Shown: piece after piece, positions 1-10,627 of the stretch
How the letters are laid out: each line of letters starts with the position of its first letter
Numbering within the stretch: the stretch's first letter is position 1
NCBI GenBank assembly: GCA_037200545.1
Contig: JBBCGE010000004.1
Coordinates: 310,970 to 374,969 of the forward strand
Reading direction: 5' to 3'
Length of the DNA: 64,000 bases
Source of the DNA: Limisphaerales bacterium
GTDB taxonomy: Bacteria; Verrucomicrobiota; Verrucomicrobiia; Limisphaerales; UBA11358
Made by a program: the position numbers and the translations under genes
Notes under the pieces: generated by a model
Seen by the model: only the letters and a program-made list of their open reading frames with translations
What the model was told of the DNA's origin: nothing
Databases searched by the model: none

Positions 1-179
1 CATCCCTGCCGCAAATAATCAACGACCAGCAAATTCAGCGCATCTGCCACCAATTGAATCAAAAATGCCGGATTGAAGTTAAGTAAATTGACGGAACACA
101 AGGTGCTGGCAGAAAACCCTCCGCCCATGCTTTGCCGCTTATCGTAGACGGTCGGGGACGAGGCCAAGCAGGAGCTGTT

Positions 180-1379
180 TTAGGTCTTTTTCCAAGCCAA
201 CAAATCATCCAGCCAATTAAAAACTGCTTCTTCCCACAAAGTTTGCCCCAGCCCGCAGCAATGACCGCCAGCACCTTGGGCTGCCGTAAAGCGTATCAGT
301 TTCTTTTCGCACGTCAGCAGGTCGAAGAGCTTTTGACTTTGTGAAGCAAAATCGCCCTCGCCGTCAGTAACGAGCGTTGGACATTGGATTTGTCCCGCCA
401 ATAACTCGACAGAAAAAGCCGGCTGCTGACGCAGAAAATCTCCCACGGTTTTGGCACCGTGAGTCGTCATGCGCGCCCCATACCATTCACGCTTTAGCGG
501 ACTGTTGATCAAATCTTCCAGTTTTTTATCGAGCGTTGCATCGCCCGCAAGCACGCGCTGCCAGGTGGTTTCATCGAACATTTTCGGCACAATGCGGGAA
601 ACAAATTCCACCTGGCCCGGATCACATACCAGCGCGGCTAGACGTCTCTCAAAGGCCGCCGCGCGCGGTGCCAGATAGCCGGCAAAGCTCCGGCCCACCA
701 GCACCAGCCGTCGGGTGTCCACACCCGGCTGCTTTATTGCCCAATCAATTACCAGCGTGAGCACATTTTCAAAATCCGGACGCATTGGCACGCGTTGTTC
801 ATAGAGCATGCCGCCCTGGCCTGGGCCATCCCACAACATTACATTGTATCCCCGTGAGAGGGCCATATAAGTCATGTCGGAATATCCTGCCTCGGCGGTG
901 GAGTCGTAGCCACAAGGGGCCAGAATGGTGGGCCGCACTGTGCCGGTGTTGGCATTGGGCCGGAGTAAATATGCCCCCATGCACGACCCAGCCAATGGGA
1001 TTTCTGCCGTCGTCACCGAATACGGCAGGAAAGGAATGGCGAAGCGAAAGGCTTGGCGATGTTCTTGGTAGCCGCGTTGCAATCGCTTGTCATCGAGATC
1101 GCGCCGAATGAAAAAAATGCTTTGCCGCCAGTATTCTGTTGCGCGCAAATAAGCCTTTCCCGCTGTCACCGAATGTCCGGCCTTCGCCGCTGCCGCAGCC
1201 TTCTCGCCAGTCGCTTTGGCCAGTGCCGACCATTGGACGAACCAATCATCAAGATTGCCCGGCGCGATCCGGCTTGCGGTGGCCAGAACCTCGCCTAAAT
1301 CAGCGGAGCCAGAATTGACCGCATTGGCTGTGCGCTGCAACTGCGCGTCAAATTCGGGGTCATTGAGAAAAAATTTCAC
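180..1379 (-). CDS. Alpha/beta hydrolase (FrsA / 2,6-dihydropseudooxynicotine hydrolase-like)
   Basis: 399 aa ORF; DGPGQG motif, nucleophile elbow GRSFAG, C-terminal GAGGHC His motif. Confidence 0.85.
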   Translation of the reverse strand: MKFFLNDPEFDAQLQRTANAVNSGSADLGEVLATASRIAPGNLDDWFVQWSALAKATGEKAAAAAKAGHSVTAGKAYLRATEYWRQSIFFIRRDLDDKRLQRGYQEHRQAFRFAIPFLPYSVTTAEIPLAGSCMGAYLLRPNANTGTVRPTILAPCGYDSTAEAGYSDMTYMALSRGYNVMLWDGPGQGGMLYEQRVPMRPDFENVLTLVIDWAIKQPGVDTRRLVLVGRSFAGYLAPRAAAFERRLAALVCDPGQVEFVSRIVPKMFDETTWQRVLAGDATLDKKLEDLINSPLKREWYGARMTTHGAKTVGDFLRQQPAFSVELLAGQIQCPTLVTDGEGDFASQSQKLFDLLTCEKKLIRFTAAQGAGGHCCGLGQTLWEEAVFNWLDDLLAWKKT

Positions 1380-1413
1380 GGGTTGAATTGGAAAACAGAA
1401 ACGGCGTAACAGT

Positions 1414-2739
1414 CTATGATCTCAAAGTCTCATCAAGCCAGTTGAACACCCGAAGGTCGCGCAATCCGGTTCCTTTTGGCTCGCAATGCAGGTCGGCCCC
1501 ATCGCTTTCAGTGAATGCCACCAACTTCTTGGGCGCGGCCAGCAGGTCGTAGAGTTGCTGTGATTGTCCCGGCCAATAGGCTTCATTGACCGGTGCGGTG
1601 ATGAGCATTGGACAACTTATCTGGCCGACGACTTCGGTGAGATTATATTCCATGGCGGCTTTGTAGGTGTCGTAATAAGAGGTGAAACCATACGGCCTCA
1701 TGCGAAAACTTAAATTACGCTTGGTCGCCGGATCCGAAAATTTTGACATGTAGTCGTCAAATTCGGTTTTGCGTCCCGCTTTCAATAATTCAAGCATCGG
1801 CTTGGGCAGACTAGCGGTCCACGAAGTAGAGACATCCACCACGCCCGGATCGGCGATGGCCGCGGCGATTCTTTTCTCAAACGCAACCGCACGCGGCACC
1901 CAATATCCGCCCTGACTGATTCCCTGAATGGCAATCTTTTTGGGATCAACAGCTTTCCGGCTTAAAGCATAATCAACCACGGGTGTTATCACTTTTTCCC
2001 AATCCGGCCGGAAGTGTAAATTCTGTTTCCAGAGGGCGTATCCCTGCCCCGGCCCGTCAAAAGTCAGGCAATCATAACCCCGTGCGGCGGCTCCAGCTCC
2101 GCCCCAGAGCCACATGTCCAGCAGCGAGCCATCGCTGCCGTTGACAAGGATCAATAAAGGACGCTTGCGTGCCGTGCTTTTTCCTCTGATGAAAAATCCA
2201 TGCAATTTAGTATTTTCATAGGGAATGCTAACCGGTTCAACGGGCGGATCAAAAAACGGAAGTGACTTCATCCAACAGTCATAAAGCAGCTCCCATGTGG
2301 GCAGGAAGCGGCTGGGATCATTGGAGCCGTCCACGAAGTAAGTGGCGCTATCATAGAAATTCTGCGCCCAAAGATACGCTTGTCGGGCGCTCTCCTTATG
2401 GCCATGGCTCGCCGACTCTTCAGCCAGCAGGCGGGCTTCATCCCCGGCTTGCTTGAAGGCCGTGAAGGCGCTTTCAAAATTGCCGTCTTCCACCTGTCTG
2501 GTCAGGTATAACACCTTTCCTACATCGCCGCCCGAGTGATAGGCGCGGCCAAGGCTGGTCAGGAAAATCATTTCAAACGTCGGATGCTTGAAGAAATAGG
2601 GAGGACGTTTGGGTGGCTTGGCTTCAGCGGGTGTGGCGGGATGATTCCCCGATGTCTGCGCGTAAAGTTTTGGAAGTGCGCCCAGACCAAGCAAGGCGGT
2701 GGTCAACCGGAGGTTAAATTGTCGTCGGTTTATTTTCAT
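1414..2739 (-). CDS. Alpha/beta hydrolase paralog with twin-arginine signal peptide
   Basis: N-terminal NRRQF plus hydrophobic segment; DGPGQG, GISQGG, GADLHCE motifs. Confidence 0.85.
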   Translation of the reverse strand: MKINRRQFNLRLTTALLGLGALPKLYAQTSGNHPATPAEAKPPKRPPYFFKHPTFEMIFLTSLGRAYHSGGDVGKVLYLTRQVEDGNFESAFTAFKQAGDEARLLAEESASHGHKESARQAYLWAQNFYDSATYFVDGSNDPSRFLPTWELLYDCWMKSLPFFDPPVEPVSIPYENTKLHGFFIRGKSTARKRPLLILVNGSDGSLLDMWLWGGAGAAARGYDCLTFDGPGQGYALWKQNLHFRPDWEKVITPVVDYALSRKAVDPKKIAIQGISQGGYWVPRAVAFEKRIAAAIADPGVVDVSTSWTASLPKPMLELLKAGRKTEFDDYMSKFSDPATKRNLSFRMRPYGFTSYYDTYKAAMEYNLTEVVGQISCPMLITAPVNEAYWPGQSQQLYDLLAAPKKLVAFTESDGADLHCEPKGTGLRDLRVFNWLDETLRS

Positions 2740-2879
2740 GAGGAGCTCCCGACCAAGAATTGCAACAATTTATGGTTTTTTGTCAACTTCATTTCGGCGG
2801 AAGCATGGCTGAAGGCTGTGATTGCGTTCCAAAGGATCAACGGTAATTTTCAACGCGAGTGAAGCTGGCTCAATTGGGA

Positions 2880-4370
2880 TCACGTCCCGGCGTGTTGCAG
2901 CGCCTTGTGCAGACTCAACGTATTACCGTCATTCTTTTTCAGTTCGCAAAAAACACAAACGGAAACAATCGTCCAGACGCCAAGAATCAAGAACGTCAGA
3001 TGAATGCCGTGAATCATCTGTGGCGCGCTCGCCTGAAACCGGTCAGGAATAAAAAACGCCACAAACAATGACCCAATCGCGATGCCAAAGCTGACGGACA
3101 TTTGCTGCACCGTGCTAGTGATAGCGCTGGCCGCGCTGCTTTGTTCGTCCGTCACATCGGCATAGACCAATGTGTTCATGCTGGAATACTGGAGTGAGGT
3201 GAACATTCCAAAAATGAAAACCTGCGTGACGATGAGCCAGACTGGCGTGCCCGCGCCGATTGTCGCGAAGGAAAGGGTCATCACCCCGAGCATCAAGGTG
3301 TTGAAAATCAAAACGCGGCGGTAGCCAAAGCGTTGCAAAATTTTACGCAGCACGATTTTTAAACTCAAGGCGGCAGCAGCCTGCGGCATGATGAGCAGGC
3401 CGGATTGGATCGGCGTGAAGCCAAGACCGACCTGATACAACAACGGAAACAAGAAGGGAATTCCGCCAATCCCCAGCCGGGTGAAAAAGCTGCCACTCAC
3501 GGACGCGCGAAAAGTGCGGATGCCAAACAGCCCCAGCCGCAGCAGGGGGAACTTGATGCGCCTCGCCCGTATTCCATAAGCGACGAGACAAACGGCGGAA
3601 ATGGCCAGCAACGCCAGCAGCGTGGCATCGCCCAGGGTGTGGTCGCCAAAAACTTCCAGCACATACGCCAGCAACCCGAAGCCCAGGCCGAACAGGATCA
3701 ATCCCACAAGGTCGAGCGGAGGCGGATTCGGTTCCCGATAATCCGGCAGATGGCGGAGGACCAGATAAAGGCCGAGCAGCCCCACCGGCAGGTTGATGAA
3801 AAAAATCGTCCGCCAATGAAAATACCCGACAATGAAACCGCCGGCGACGGGGCCGAGCATGGGGCCGATCAAACCCGGAATGGCGACGAAGCTCATCGCA
3901 CGGATGAGTTCGGCTTTTGGAAATGTTCGCACCAGTGTCAATCGTCCCACCGGCACCATCATCGCGCCGCCGAAACCTTGCAGGACGCGGCACGCGACGA
4001 GCAGATGAATGTTATTCGAAAGGCCGCAGAGCAAGGAGCCTAAGGTGAACGTTCCGATGGCCCACGCAAAGACCCGGCGCGTGCCAAAGCGATCCGCCAT
4101 CCAGCCGCTGATGGGAATGAAGACCGCCAGGCTTAAAGTGTAGCTCGACAGCATTGCCTTCATGCTCAAGGGCGTGACGCCAAGCGCCTTCGCGATGGCG
4201 GGAACCGCCGTGTTCAAGATTGTCGTGTCCAGCGCCTGCATGAAGAAAGCCACCGCCACCAGCCACGGCAAAAAGCGTTTCACCGCTTCGATCGAGATTG
4301 CCGAAGGCACCACAACGGCTGCGGCATCGGTGGATGCGCCATTGACGGCCGACTCGAATTCTTTTGCCAT
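2880..4370 (-). CDS. DHA2-family MFS efflux transporter (EmrB/QacA, MdtD-like)
   Basis: LDTTILNTAVP and GWMADRFGTRR (MFS motif A); about 14 TM segments. Confidence 0.9.
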   Translation of the reverse strand: MAKEFESAVNGASTDAAAVVVPSAISIEAVKRFLPWLVAVAFFMQALDTTILNTAVPAIAKALGVTPLSMKAMLSSYTLSLAVFIPISGWMADRFGTRRVFAWAIGTFTLGSLLCGLSNNIHLLVACRVLQGFGGAMMVPVGRLTLVRTFPKAELIRAMSFVAIPGLIGPMLGPVAGGFIVGYFHWRTIFFINLPVGLLGLYLVLRHLPDYREPNPPPLDLVGLILFGLGFGLLAYVLEVFGDHTLGDATLLALLAISAVCLVAYGIRARRIKFPLLRLGLFGIRTFRASVSGSFFTRLGIGGIPFLFPLLYQVGLGFTPIQSGLLIMPQAAAALSLKIVLRKILQRFGYRRVLIFNTLMLGVMTLSFATIGAGTPVWLIVTQVFIFGMFTSLQYSSMNTLVYADVTDEQSSAASAITSTVQQMSVSFGIAIGSLFVAFFIPDRFQASAPQMIHGIHLTFLILGVWTIVSVCVFCELKKNDGNTLSLHKALQHAGT

Positions 4371-4480
4371 CCGCTGAAGCTAACGTAACCGCCGGACCAG
4401 TTCAATGCGTGCAGAGGTTCTGGTGTGTTAATTGAACAAGCAAGGGACACCCTGGTATTTATAAATCGCCGCCGAGAAAA

Positions 4481-5860
4481 TTATGAATTCTCGATCCAAA
4501 CAGTTTGGGCATTCACAAACGCATGTGCCCCGAAATGAGAAAGCTCGCGGCCATATCCGCTGTTCTTGACCCCACCGATCGGTATCCGGGGATCCGACGC
4601 CGTAATGCCATTGATGAACACGCCGCCGGTATTTAAATCACGTGCAATCTTTCGGGCCAATGCCACGTCGCTGGTCCACAGGTTGCCGCTCAGCCCAAAC
4701 CGGCTTGCGTTCGCCGTCCTGACGGCCGCGTCAACATCGGGCACGCGGGTGATCGCTGCCACAGGACCGAAGGTCTCTTCATCGAATGCGGGCATGCCCT
4801 GGGTCACACCGCCCAGCACTGTGGCTGGATAGAATGATCCAACGCCGTTAGACGGTTTGCCTCCACATAGCAGACGCGCACCTTTTGCGATGCTGTCTTC
4901 AACTTGTTTGTGCAGAGAGTCGCGCAGGTCCATCCGCGCCAATGGTCCCATCTGTGTCGTTGGATCCATCGGGTCACCGACACTGATCGCCCTTGCCGCC
5001 TCCAAAAATAAATGCTCGAATTCATCGGCAATTTTCTCCACGAGAATGAACCGTTTGGCAGCCACACAGACCTGGCCTGCGTTGGCGAAGCGTCCCTTGA
5101 TGCCTGCCGCCACGGCCTTTGGAATGTCCGCATCTTCACAGACGATAAAGGCATCAGAACCGCCTAATTCCATGACGGTTTTCTTGATGACTTTCCCGGC
5201 CTCCGAAGCGACTGCAGAGCCTGCCCGCACGCTTCCGGTTACGGAAACCCCCTGGATACGCGAATCATTGATCACGTTGACAATCTCTTCCGTCTTGAGA
5301 ATCAGATTTTGAAACACACCTTCCGGAAACCCGGCTTCACATATTATTCGTTCAAACTCGAGTGAACTCCCCTGAGTATTGGGCGAGTGTTTTACGAGGA
5401 CAACATTACCTGCGAGCATTGTCGGCACAGCCATGCGAGCCAGCTGCCAGAGCGGGAAATTCCACGGCATGATGGCAAGAATCGGTCCGAGCGGCAGATA
5501 TGAAACATAGGCATCGACCCTGCCGGTTGGCGCAGGTGTATCTGCCAGCATCTGTGGTCCGTGCTCGGCATACCAATCCGCTTCCCGCGCGCACTTCTCC
5601 ACCTCGGCTTCAGCCTCCGGTAGAATTTTCCCCATCTCGCTGGTGATTGTTTTCGCGAGGTGTTCCTTATTTTTTCTTAATGTCTTGGCGAGATCCGAAA
5701 GGCTTTGCGCGCGCTGATGCACGGATAGTTTTCGATATGACCGGTAACTCAGTTCGGCTTGGGACAGCCTGGCTTCTATTTCTGCAGAATTAAAATATGA
5801 GAATGTTTCGACCTGCTGACCCGTCGCCGGATTTACCGTGGAAAAACTGGTCGCTTTCAT
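4481..5860 (-). CDS. NAD(P)-dependent aldehyde dehydrogenase (Sad/GabD-like)
   Basis: IMPWNFP, TGS, MELGGSD, NAGQVC, EETFGP, GVKNSGYGRE motifs; start taken at MKATSF. Confidence 0.9.
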   Translation of the reverse strand: MKATSFSTVNPATGQQVETFSYFNSAEIEARLSQAELSYRSYRKLSVHQRAQSLSDLAKTLRKNKEHLAKTITSEMGKILPEAEAEVEKCAREADWYAEHGPQMLADTPAPTGRVDAYVSYLPLGPILAIMPWNFPLWQLARMAVPTMLAGNVVLVKHSPNTQGSSLEFERIICEAGFPEGVFQNLILKTEEIVNVINDSRIQGVSVTGSVRAGSAVASEAGKVIKKTVMELGGSDAFIVCEDADIPKAVAAGIKGRFANAGQVCVAAKRFILVEKIADEFEHLFLEAARAISVGDPMDPTTQMGPLARMDLRDSLHKQVEDSIAKGARLLCGGKPSNGVGSFYPATVLGGVTQGMPAFDEETFGPVAAITRVPDVDAAVRTANASRFGLSGNLWTSDVALARKIARDLNTGGVFINGITASDPRIPIGGVKNSGYGRELSHFGAHAFVNAQTVWIENS

Positions 5861-6144
5861 TTGCTCTACTTGTATAAAGGACAAGATCACGGTAGAAAAC
5901 ATTTATCTGTAAATTCGCAACAGCGTAACTTTGAGAACCTTTTAATGCCTGAATAATTCTTGATAGAAATCCACAACCTGCTTTCATAAGCTCGTGCCAA
6001 CAAGGGCCAAAAAATCGTGAGAACAAATTCCACGCGCTGCGGCTCAATCAAAAAAATGTTAGGCAGCATCACGTTTAGGTTATGAGTGTTTAAACGCAAC
6101 GAAGCTTGGAATGTTGTTCCGGGCAAACAAACCGGGAGACGGAT

Positions 6145-7758
6145 ATGATGGAACGAACAGGCGGCGAGTTGATTCAGGATTTTCTCAAGACTTTTGACAT
6201 CCCTTACGTATTCGGCAATCCCGGCACGACCGAGACGACGTTCCTCGCCGCAGTGGCGGAATCCCAGGCCACCTATATCCTGGCTTTGCATGAATCCAGT
6301 GCCGCTGGAATCGCCGCAGGCTATGCCCTCATGACGGGCAAACCTTCCATCGTGAGCCTGCACACGTATCCGGGTTTGGCGAACGGCATGTTCAACCTGC
6401 GGAACGCACTCATGTCTGGTATTCCACTATTGGTAATCAACGGCCAGCAGGATTCTCGATTTCTCATCCACAACCCCGTATTGGGAGCTCCCAATACGCG
6501 CCTGGCGGAAACCGCAACCAAATATGCTTATGAGGTCACCAGCGTTGATGAAATCGCAGTCGCCTTGCAGCGTTGTTACCTGCAAGCCCGGCTCCAGCCG
6601 ACCGGTCCCGTGTTCCTATCCATTCCGATGAACTTCATGCTGGAGCGGACGAGTCATACGACGTTTAAGAAAACCCGGATCATTGACAACGCCGTGCCGC
6701 GTTCCATTGGCGACGTCGTGCAGGCGCTCAAGGCGGTTCCGGCGAAGAAGCTCGCCATCGTAGCCGATTACGCCGTCGGAGCGGCGGATGGTCTTAACGA
6801 TTTAAGCCGCGTGGCCACCGCGCTGAACGCGGACATTTTTGCCGCGCCGTTTCACGTCCAGGGCACAGTTGATCCATTGCATCCGAATTTTCGCGGCCAG
6901 CTTCCCGCCACCACCCGGGAGATCAACCAAATTCTCAGCGGCTACCACACCATGCTGCTAATCGGGGAAAAGGTAGATACCTTCACCTACAATGGCGGTT
7001 CGGCATTGCCTGGTGATCTCCAGGTCATACAAGTGGCACCGGCAACGAGCCAGCTCGGCTTTGATTACCCTTGCGACATGGCGGTGCTCGGCGATGTCAG
7101 GGCAACGTTGGAAGCCATCGCCTCGGCGTTGGGTGCGGCACCCTATGCCGGCGCCCAACCGGATCGGACGGCGACTATAGCGGCTTTGAAATCCAAGTAT
7201 CCGGCTGCGGGCAAGAATCCGAGCGATGCCTTGATCCTGGGCGTATTGCAGCAGCTTGATCTCGCAACCCACATCATCACGGAAGGTTCGTCCGAAGACA
7301 CCATCGTGCAAGACATGGCCGTCGGGCTGGGTTTTCGGAACGTCCATTTCTCACCGCGCGGCGGCGGACTTGGCTGGGCGATGCCGCTCGGCGTAGGCAT
7401 CGGTCTCGCGACGGGCAAGCACGCGGTTTGCTTCGTCGGAGATGGCGGAAGTCTGTTCTCAATTCACGCGATTTGGACCGCCGCCCGATACCGCATTCCG
7501 GTGGTGTTTATCTGTTTCGTGAACCATGAGTATCGGTTGCTCAAAGACCTCTGGTGCCTTTCCATGGGAACAACGATGGAACAGACGCAGTTCGTTGGTC
7601 TGGATTTCAACGACCCGGAAGTGGATGTGTTGAAGATTGCCGGGGGACTGGGCGCGCGCACCGGGGAAATCACCCATTCCGACATGATCGCCGAGGTTCT
7701 TAACAAGGCGTTTAATTACTCAGGCCCCAGTTTTATCGTCATCAAGCGCGAGCCTTGA
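6145..7758 (+). CDS. Thiamine-diphosphate-dependent decarboxylase (benzoylformate decarboxylase-like)
   Basis: VFGNPGTTE, LHE, GGGLGWAMP and GDGG...N ThDP motif. Confidence 0.85.
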   Translation: MMERTGGELIQDFLKTFDIPYVFGNPGTTETTFLAAVAESQATYILALHESSAAGIAAGYALMTGKPSIVSLHTYPGLANGMFNLRNALMSGIPLLVINGQQDSRFLIHNPVLGAPNTRLAETATKYAYEVTSVDEIAVALQRCYLQARLQPTGPVFLSIPMNFMLERTSHTTFKKTRIIDNAVPRSIGDVVQALKAVPAKKLAIVADYAVGAADGLNDLSRVATALNADIFAAPFHVQGTVDPLHPNFRGQLPATTREINQILSGYHTMLLIGEKVDTFTYNGGSALPGDLQVIQVAPATSQLGFDYPCDMAVLGDVRATLEAIASALGAAPYAGAQPDRTATIAALKSKYPAAGKNPSDALILGVLQQLDLATHIITEGSSEDTIVQDMAVGLGFRNVHFSPRGGGLGWAMPLGVGIGLATGKHAVCFVGDGGSLFSIHAIWTAARYRIPVVFICFVNHEYRLLKDLWCLSMGTTMEQTQFVGLDFNDPEVDVLKIAGGLGARTGEITHSDMIAEVLNKAFNYSGPSFIVIKREP

Positions 7759-7811
7759 CGGGGTCCCGGCATCGGCGATTTGTATTGGTTGTTGAATGCC
7801 GAATACTTTTT

Positions 7812-8279
7812 ATGCACGCATACATTCTTTGGATCGCAATGCTGGCCTACGCGCTTCACGCGGTCGAGGAATACATGTTCGACTGGAAAGGCTGGGCCAA
7901 CAGCGTCTTGAAACTGCCGGTGGACTGGACAATTTTTGCACTCGTCAACGGCGTTGTGGTCGTGCTTGGCGTTTCGTGTTCGGCCGTGGGCTGGAGTTTG
8001 CCGGCTTTTTCGCTCTGCCTGCCGGCGTTGATGCTCATCAACGCGACTTTCTTCCACGTGTTTCCCTTTCTTGTCACTCGGGGACGATTCTCCCCGGGTT
8101 TGGGCACCGCTGTGCTGCTCCTTTATCCCACCGCCATCTGGGCTTATGTCGGTGCCCGCTCCGACGGTGTGCTTTCGCTGCGAGTCGGGTTGCTTTCCTT
8201 TTTGATTGGTGCGGCGTTGATGGCCTTTCCCATCGTCTTGCTCAAACTCCGTCTGCATCCCTATTTCAAGCAACAATGA
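7812..8279 (+). CDS. HXXEE-domain membrane protein
   Basis: LHAVEEY motif, FSPGL motif, several TM helices. Confidence 0.8.
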   Translation: MHAYILWIAMLAYALHAVEEYMFDWKGWANSVLKLPVDWTIFALVNGVVVVLGVSCSAVGWSLPAFSLCLPALMLINATFFHVFPFLVTRGRFSPGLGTAVLLLYPTAIWAYVGARSDGVLSLRVGLLSFLIGAALMAFPIVLLKLRLHPYFKQQ

Positions 8280-8375
8280 CGCTAAATCGCGGCAAACAGC
8301 TTGGATGGCGCAGGCAGTTCCGCTGTCGTGGATGGCGGTTTGTTTCGCATTGTCCAGGAAAAGACTTTGGATCAT

Positions 8376-9323
8376 ATGAGTGAGTCTCTAAACGCCGTGT
8401 TCGCAATCGCCACGCTCCTCGCGCTGATTCTTTTCGCCCTCCTGCTCAAGCGTCGTGGTTTTCTCGAAGAGGCGCATGGCAGGATGATCTCGCGGCTAGT
8501 GACAAATGTCACCCTGCCGGCCCTCGTGATTGTATCACTAAGCCGCAGTCATATTCTGTGGAACGAACTCGGGCTGGCGATGGTCATGGCGGGCGCAGGC
8601 GTGGCCTGTCTGGCGCTGGGATGGCTGATAGCAAAGCTGTTGCGCTTGGGCCGTCAGCAAACGGCGGCCGTGATCCTGGCCAGCGGCTTTGCCAATGCCT
8701 CGATGCTCGGCTTCACGATCGTTGCCCAGATCTTTCCGGGCGACCGGAGCGACCTCGCGGAAGCGGTGATGCTGTCGGGCATCGGCTCGCAACCGATAAT
8801 CTTCCTGCTGGGAACCATGATCGCGATTCATTACGGCGGGACCAAGGTCCCGGCTTCGGAGCGGACGCGGGCCAGCCTGCGCTACTTCCGCTCGCCGATT
8901 TTTTTCGCCTTCGTCGTTGGCCTTGCGCTATCAATCTTTGTCGGCCCGGTCTCGAATCCAATCTACGACAAGCTGTTTGATGCTCTGAAGGTGGTGGGAC
9001 AGGCCAACACCTTCTTGGTGACTCTGGCGGTCGGTCTGCTCCTTCAATTGCGATTTCCGGGCAAACTCATGACGGCGGCGGTGCTGGTGGCCGCAACCAA
9101 ACTTCTGGTCATGCCGCTGCTGGCCGCATGGTGGGGAAGCGCGCTACACCCGGCGGCTTGGCAGCTACAGGTGCTGGTGCTGGAGGCTGGGATGCCGTCA
9201 GCGATGCTGGCCGTGGCGTTATGCAGCGCTTACGATTGTGATGATCGTTTGGCCGCATCGTTGGTGCTAGTCACCACGGTATTATCAGCGATCACACTGC
9301 CAGTGGTGTTTTTGCTGTTATGA
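8376..9323 (+). CDS. AEC (auxin efflux carrier) family transporter
   Basis: NVTLPAL, FANASMLG, AGMPSA, TTVLSAITLP motifs; about 10 TM segments. Confidence 0.85.
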   Translation: MSESLNAVFAIATLLALILFALLLKRRGFLEEAHGRMISRLVTNVTLPALVIVSLSRSHILWNELGLAMVMAGAGVACLALGWLIAKLLRLGRQQTAAVILASGFANASMLGFTIVAQIFPGDRSDLAEAVMLSGIGSQPIIFLLGTMIAIHYGGTKVPASERTRASLRYFRSPIFFAFVVGLALSIFVGPVSNPIYDKLFDALKVVGQANTFLVTLAVGLLLQLRFPGKLMTAAVLVAATKLLVMPLLAAWWGSALHPAAWQLQVLVLEAGMPSAMLAVALCSAYDCDDRLAASLVLVTTVLSAITLPVVFLLL

Positions 9324-9448
9324 TTTGGTTGTGTTTTATTAAGGTGTGGGTTTTGTATAGCGATTTTCCTTTGGATTTATATTTGTGCTTGTGAACAACA
9401 GCCCATTATAGAAATATTCCGCGCGTCACTATTGGAGAAAGGAAAGCC

Positions 9449-9973
9449 ATGTCCGATCCATTTGAATCAACTCGCCCGGCCGAGATTGCACCCTTCATCG
9501 GCAATCACATCATCTATACCTACGCCAATGGCTGGCAGTATGAAATCTACCTCAAGAATAATCGTAAACTCGATTATCGGGTCCACGGCGGCATAGTTGG
9601 CGGTCGGTGGGTCAAAGACCAGGAGGTTCATATCGTCCGCCTTGCCGAAGGAGTTGTGAAGGTCTCTTGGACTGAGCCCACCGGCACTTGTGTGAGCGTG
9701 GCCTATAATTTCGTTGAGCATGTCGCGCATGGCGCAACCTTCTTCCCCCGTTGGATCGAACTCGAACCGAAGAAAATTATCGGGTTCCAGAATGAAAAAA
9801 TTGAGTTGATGCGGAAATACCGGGATGCGGGCCCGACCTATCCGATTCTTGTCGTTGACGAATTTGCCAAGATCACTTTCGTCGAAGATTGCGGCCTCGA
9901 CGACGAGACAGTCATCGCCTGCGCCCCAGAAGACCTGCCGCCGGGCTATACCGCGCGGCGAAACGTTGACTGA
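9449..9973 (+). CDS. padC: Phenolic acid decarboxylase
   Basis: IYTYANGWQYEIY, DYRVHGGIVGGRWVKDQEV, SWTEPTGT, YRDAGPTYP signature segments; RBS GAAAGGAA. Confidence 0.92.
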   Translation: MSDPFESTRPAEIAPFIGNHIIYTYANGWQYEIYLKNNRKLDYRVHGGIVGGRWVKDQEVHIVRLAEGVVKVSWTEPTGTCVSVAYNFVEHVAHGATFFPRWIELEPKKIIGFQNEKIELMRKYRDAGPTYPILVVDEFAKITFVEDCGLDDETVIACAPEDLPPGYTARRNVD

Positions 9974-10043
9974 CAAGCAAGCGTGATTTGGCCTCGGATC
10001 TTTGGGAGCTTTTGACGGCGGTCTTTTCCATAAATTAAAACCT

Positions 10044-10483
10044 ATGAAAATCATTTCAGTCGCCGGCGACCGAGTGGCCATCCTGTTGGATGGCAGGGAC
10101 AGCAACGGACAATACACCGTGATGGAGTCCACGTTGCCCCCAAAGCCGGCCCGCCGCCGCATGTGCATACGCGCGAGGACGAGGCCTTTCTGGTTCTAAC
10201 CGGCGAAGTCACCTTTTACCTGGGCGACAAAACCATCGTGCTCAAAAAAGGCGAGTCCCTCTATGCCCCGCGCAACATTCCCCATCACTTCATGAACACC
10301 GGCACCGAAGATGCCGTCCTGCTGGAGACCGCCTCCCCGGCCGGCATTGAAAACTTCTTTGAAGCCGCAGGCAAAGTGCTGGCCAGCCGCGAGGACCGCC
10401 CGCAACCACCCACTGCAGCCGACATCCAGCACATGCGGGCCATCGCGCCGGATTATGGCATCACCATTTTGCCGCCCAAGTAA
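10044..10483 (+). CDS. Cupin-domain protein, split by a 1-nt frameshift near 10140
   Basis: MKIISVAGDRV...STLPP continues in another frame as AGPPPHVHTREDE...PRNIPH (cupin motifs). Confidence 0.75.
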
Positions 10484-10627
10484 TCTTGGGGATCGGCTTG
10501 CTGGCAAGTCCCAAGCACAAGAACGTCAGCGAGAAATTCTTTATCAGAAACAAGATGAGTTCATTTCATAATTGATTCAATAACTTATATCGGAAATCCT
10601 CCGGCCAGATAAATTTACCCGGCTGAG

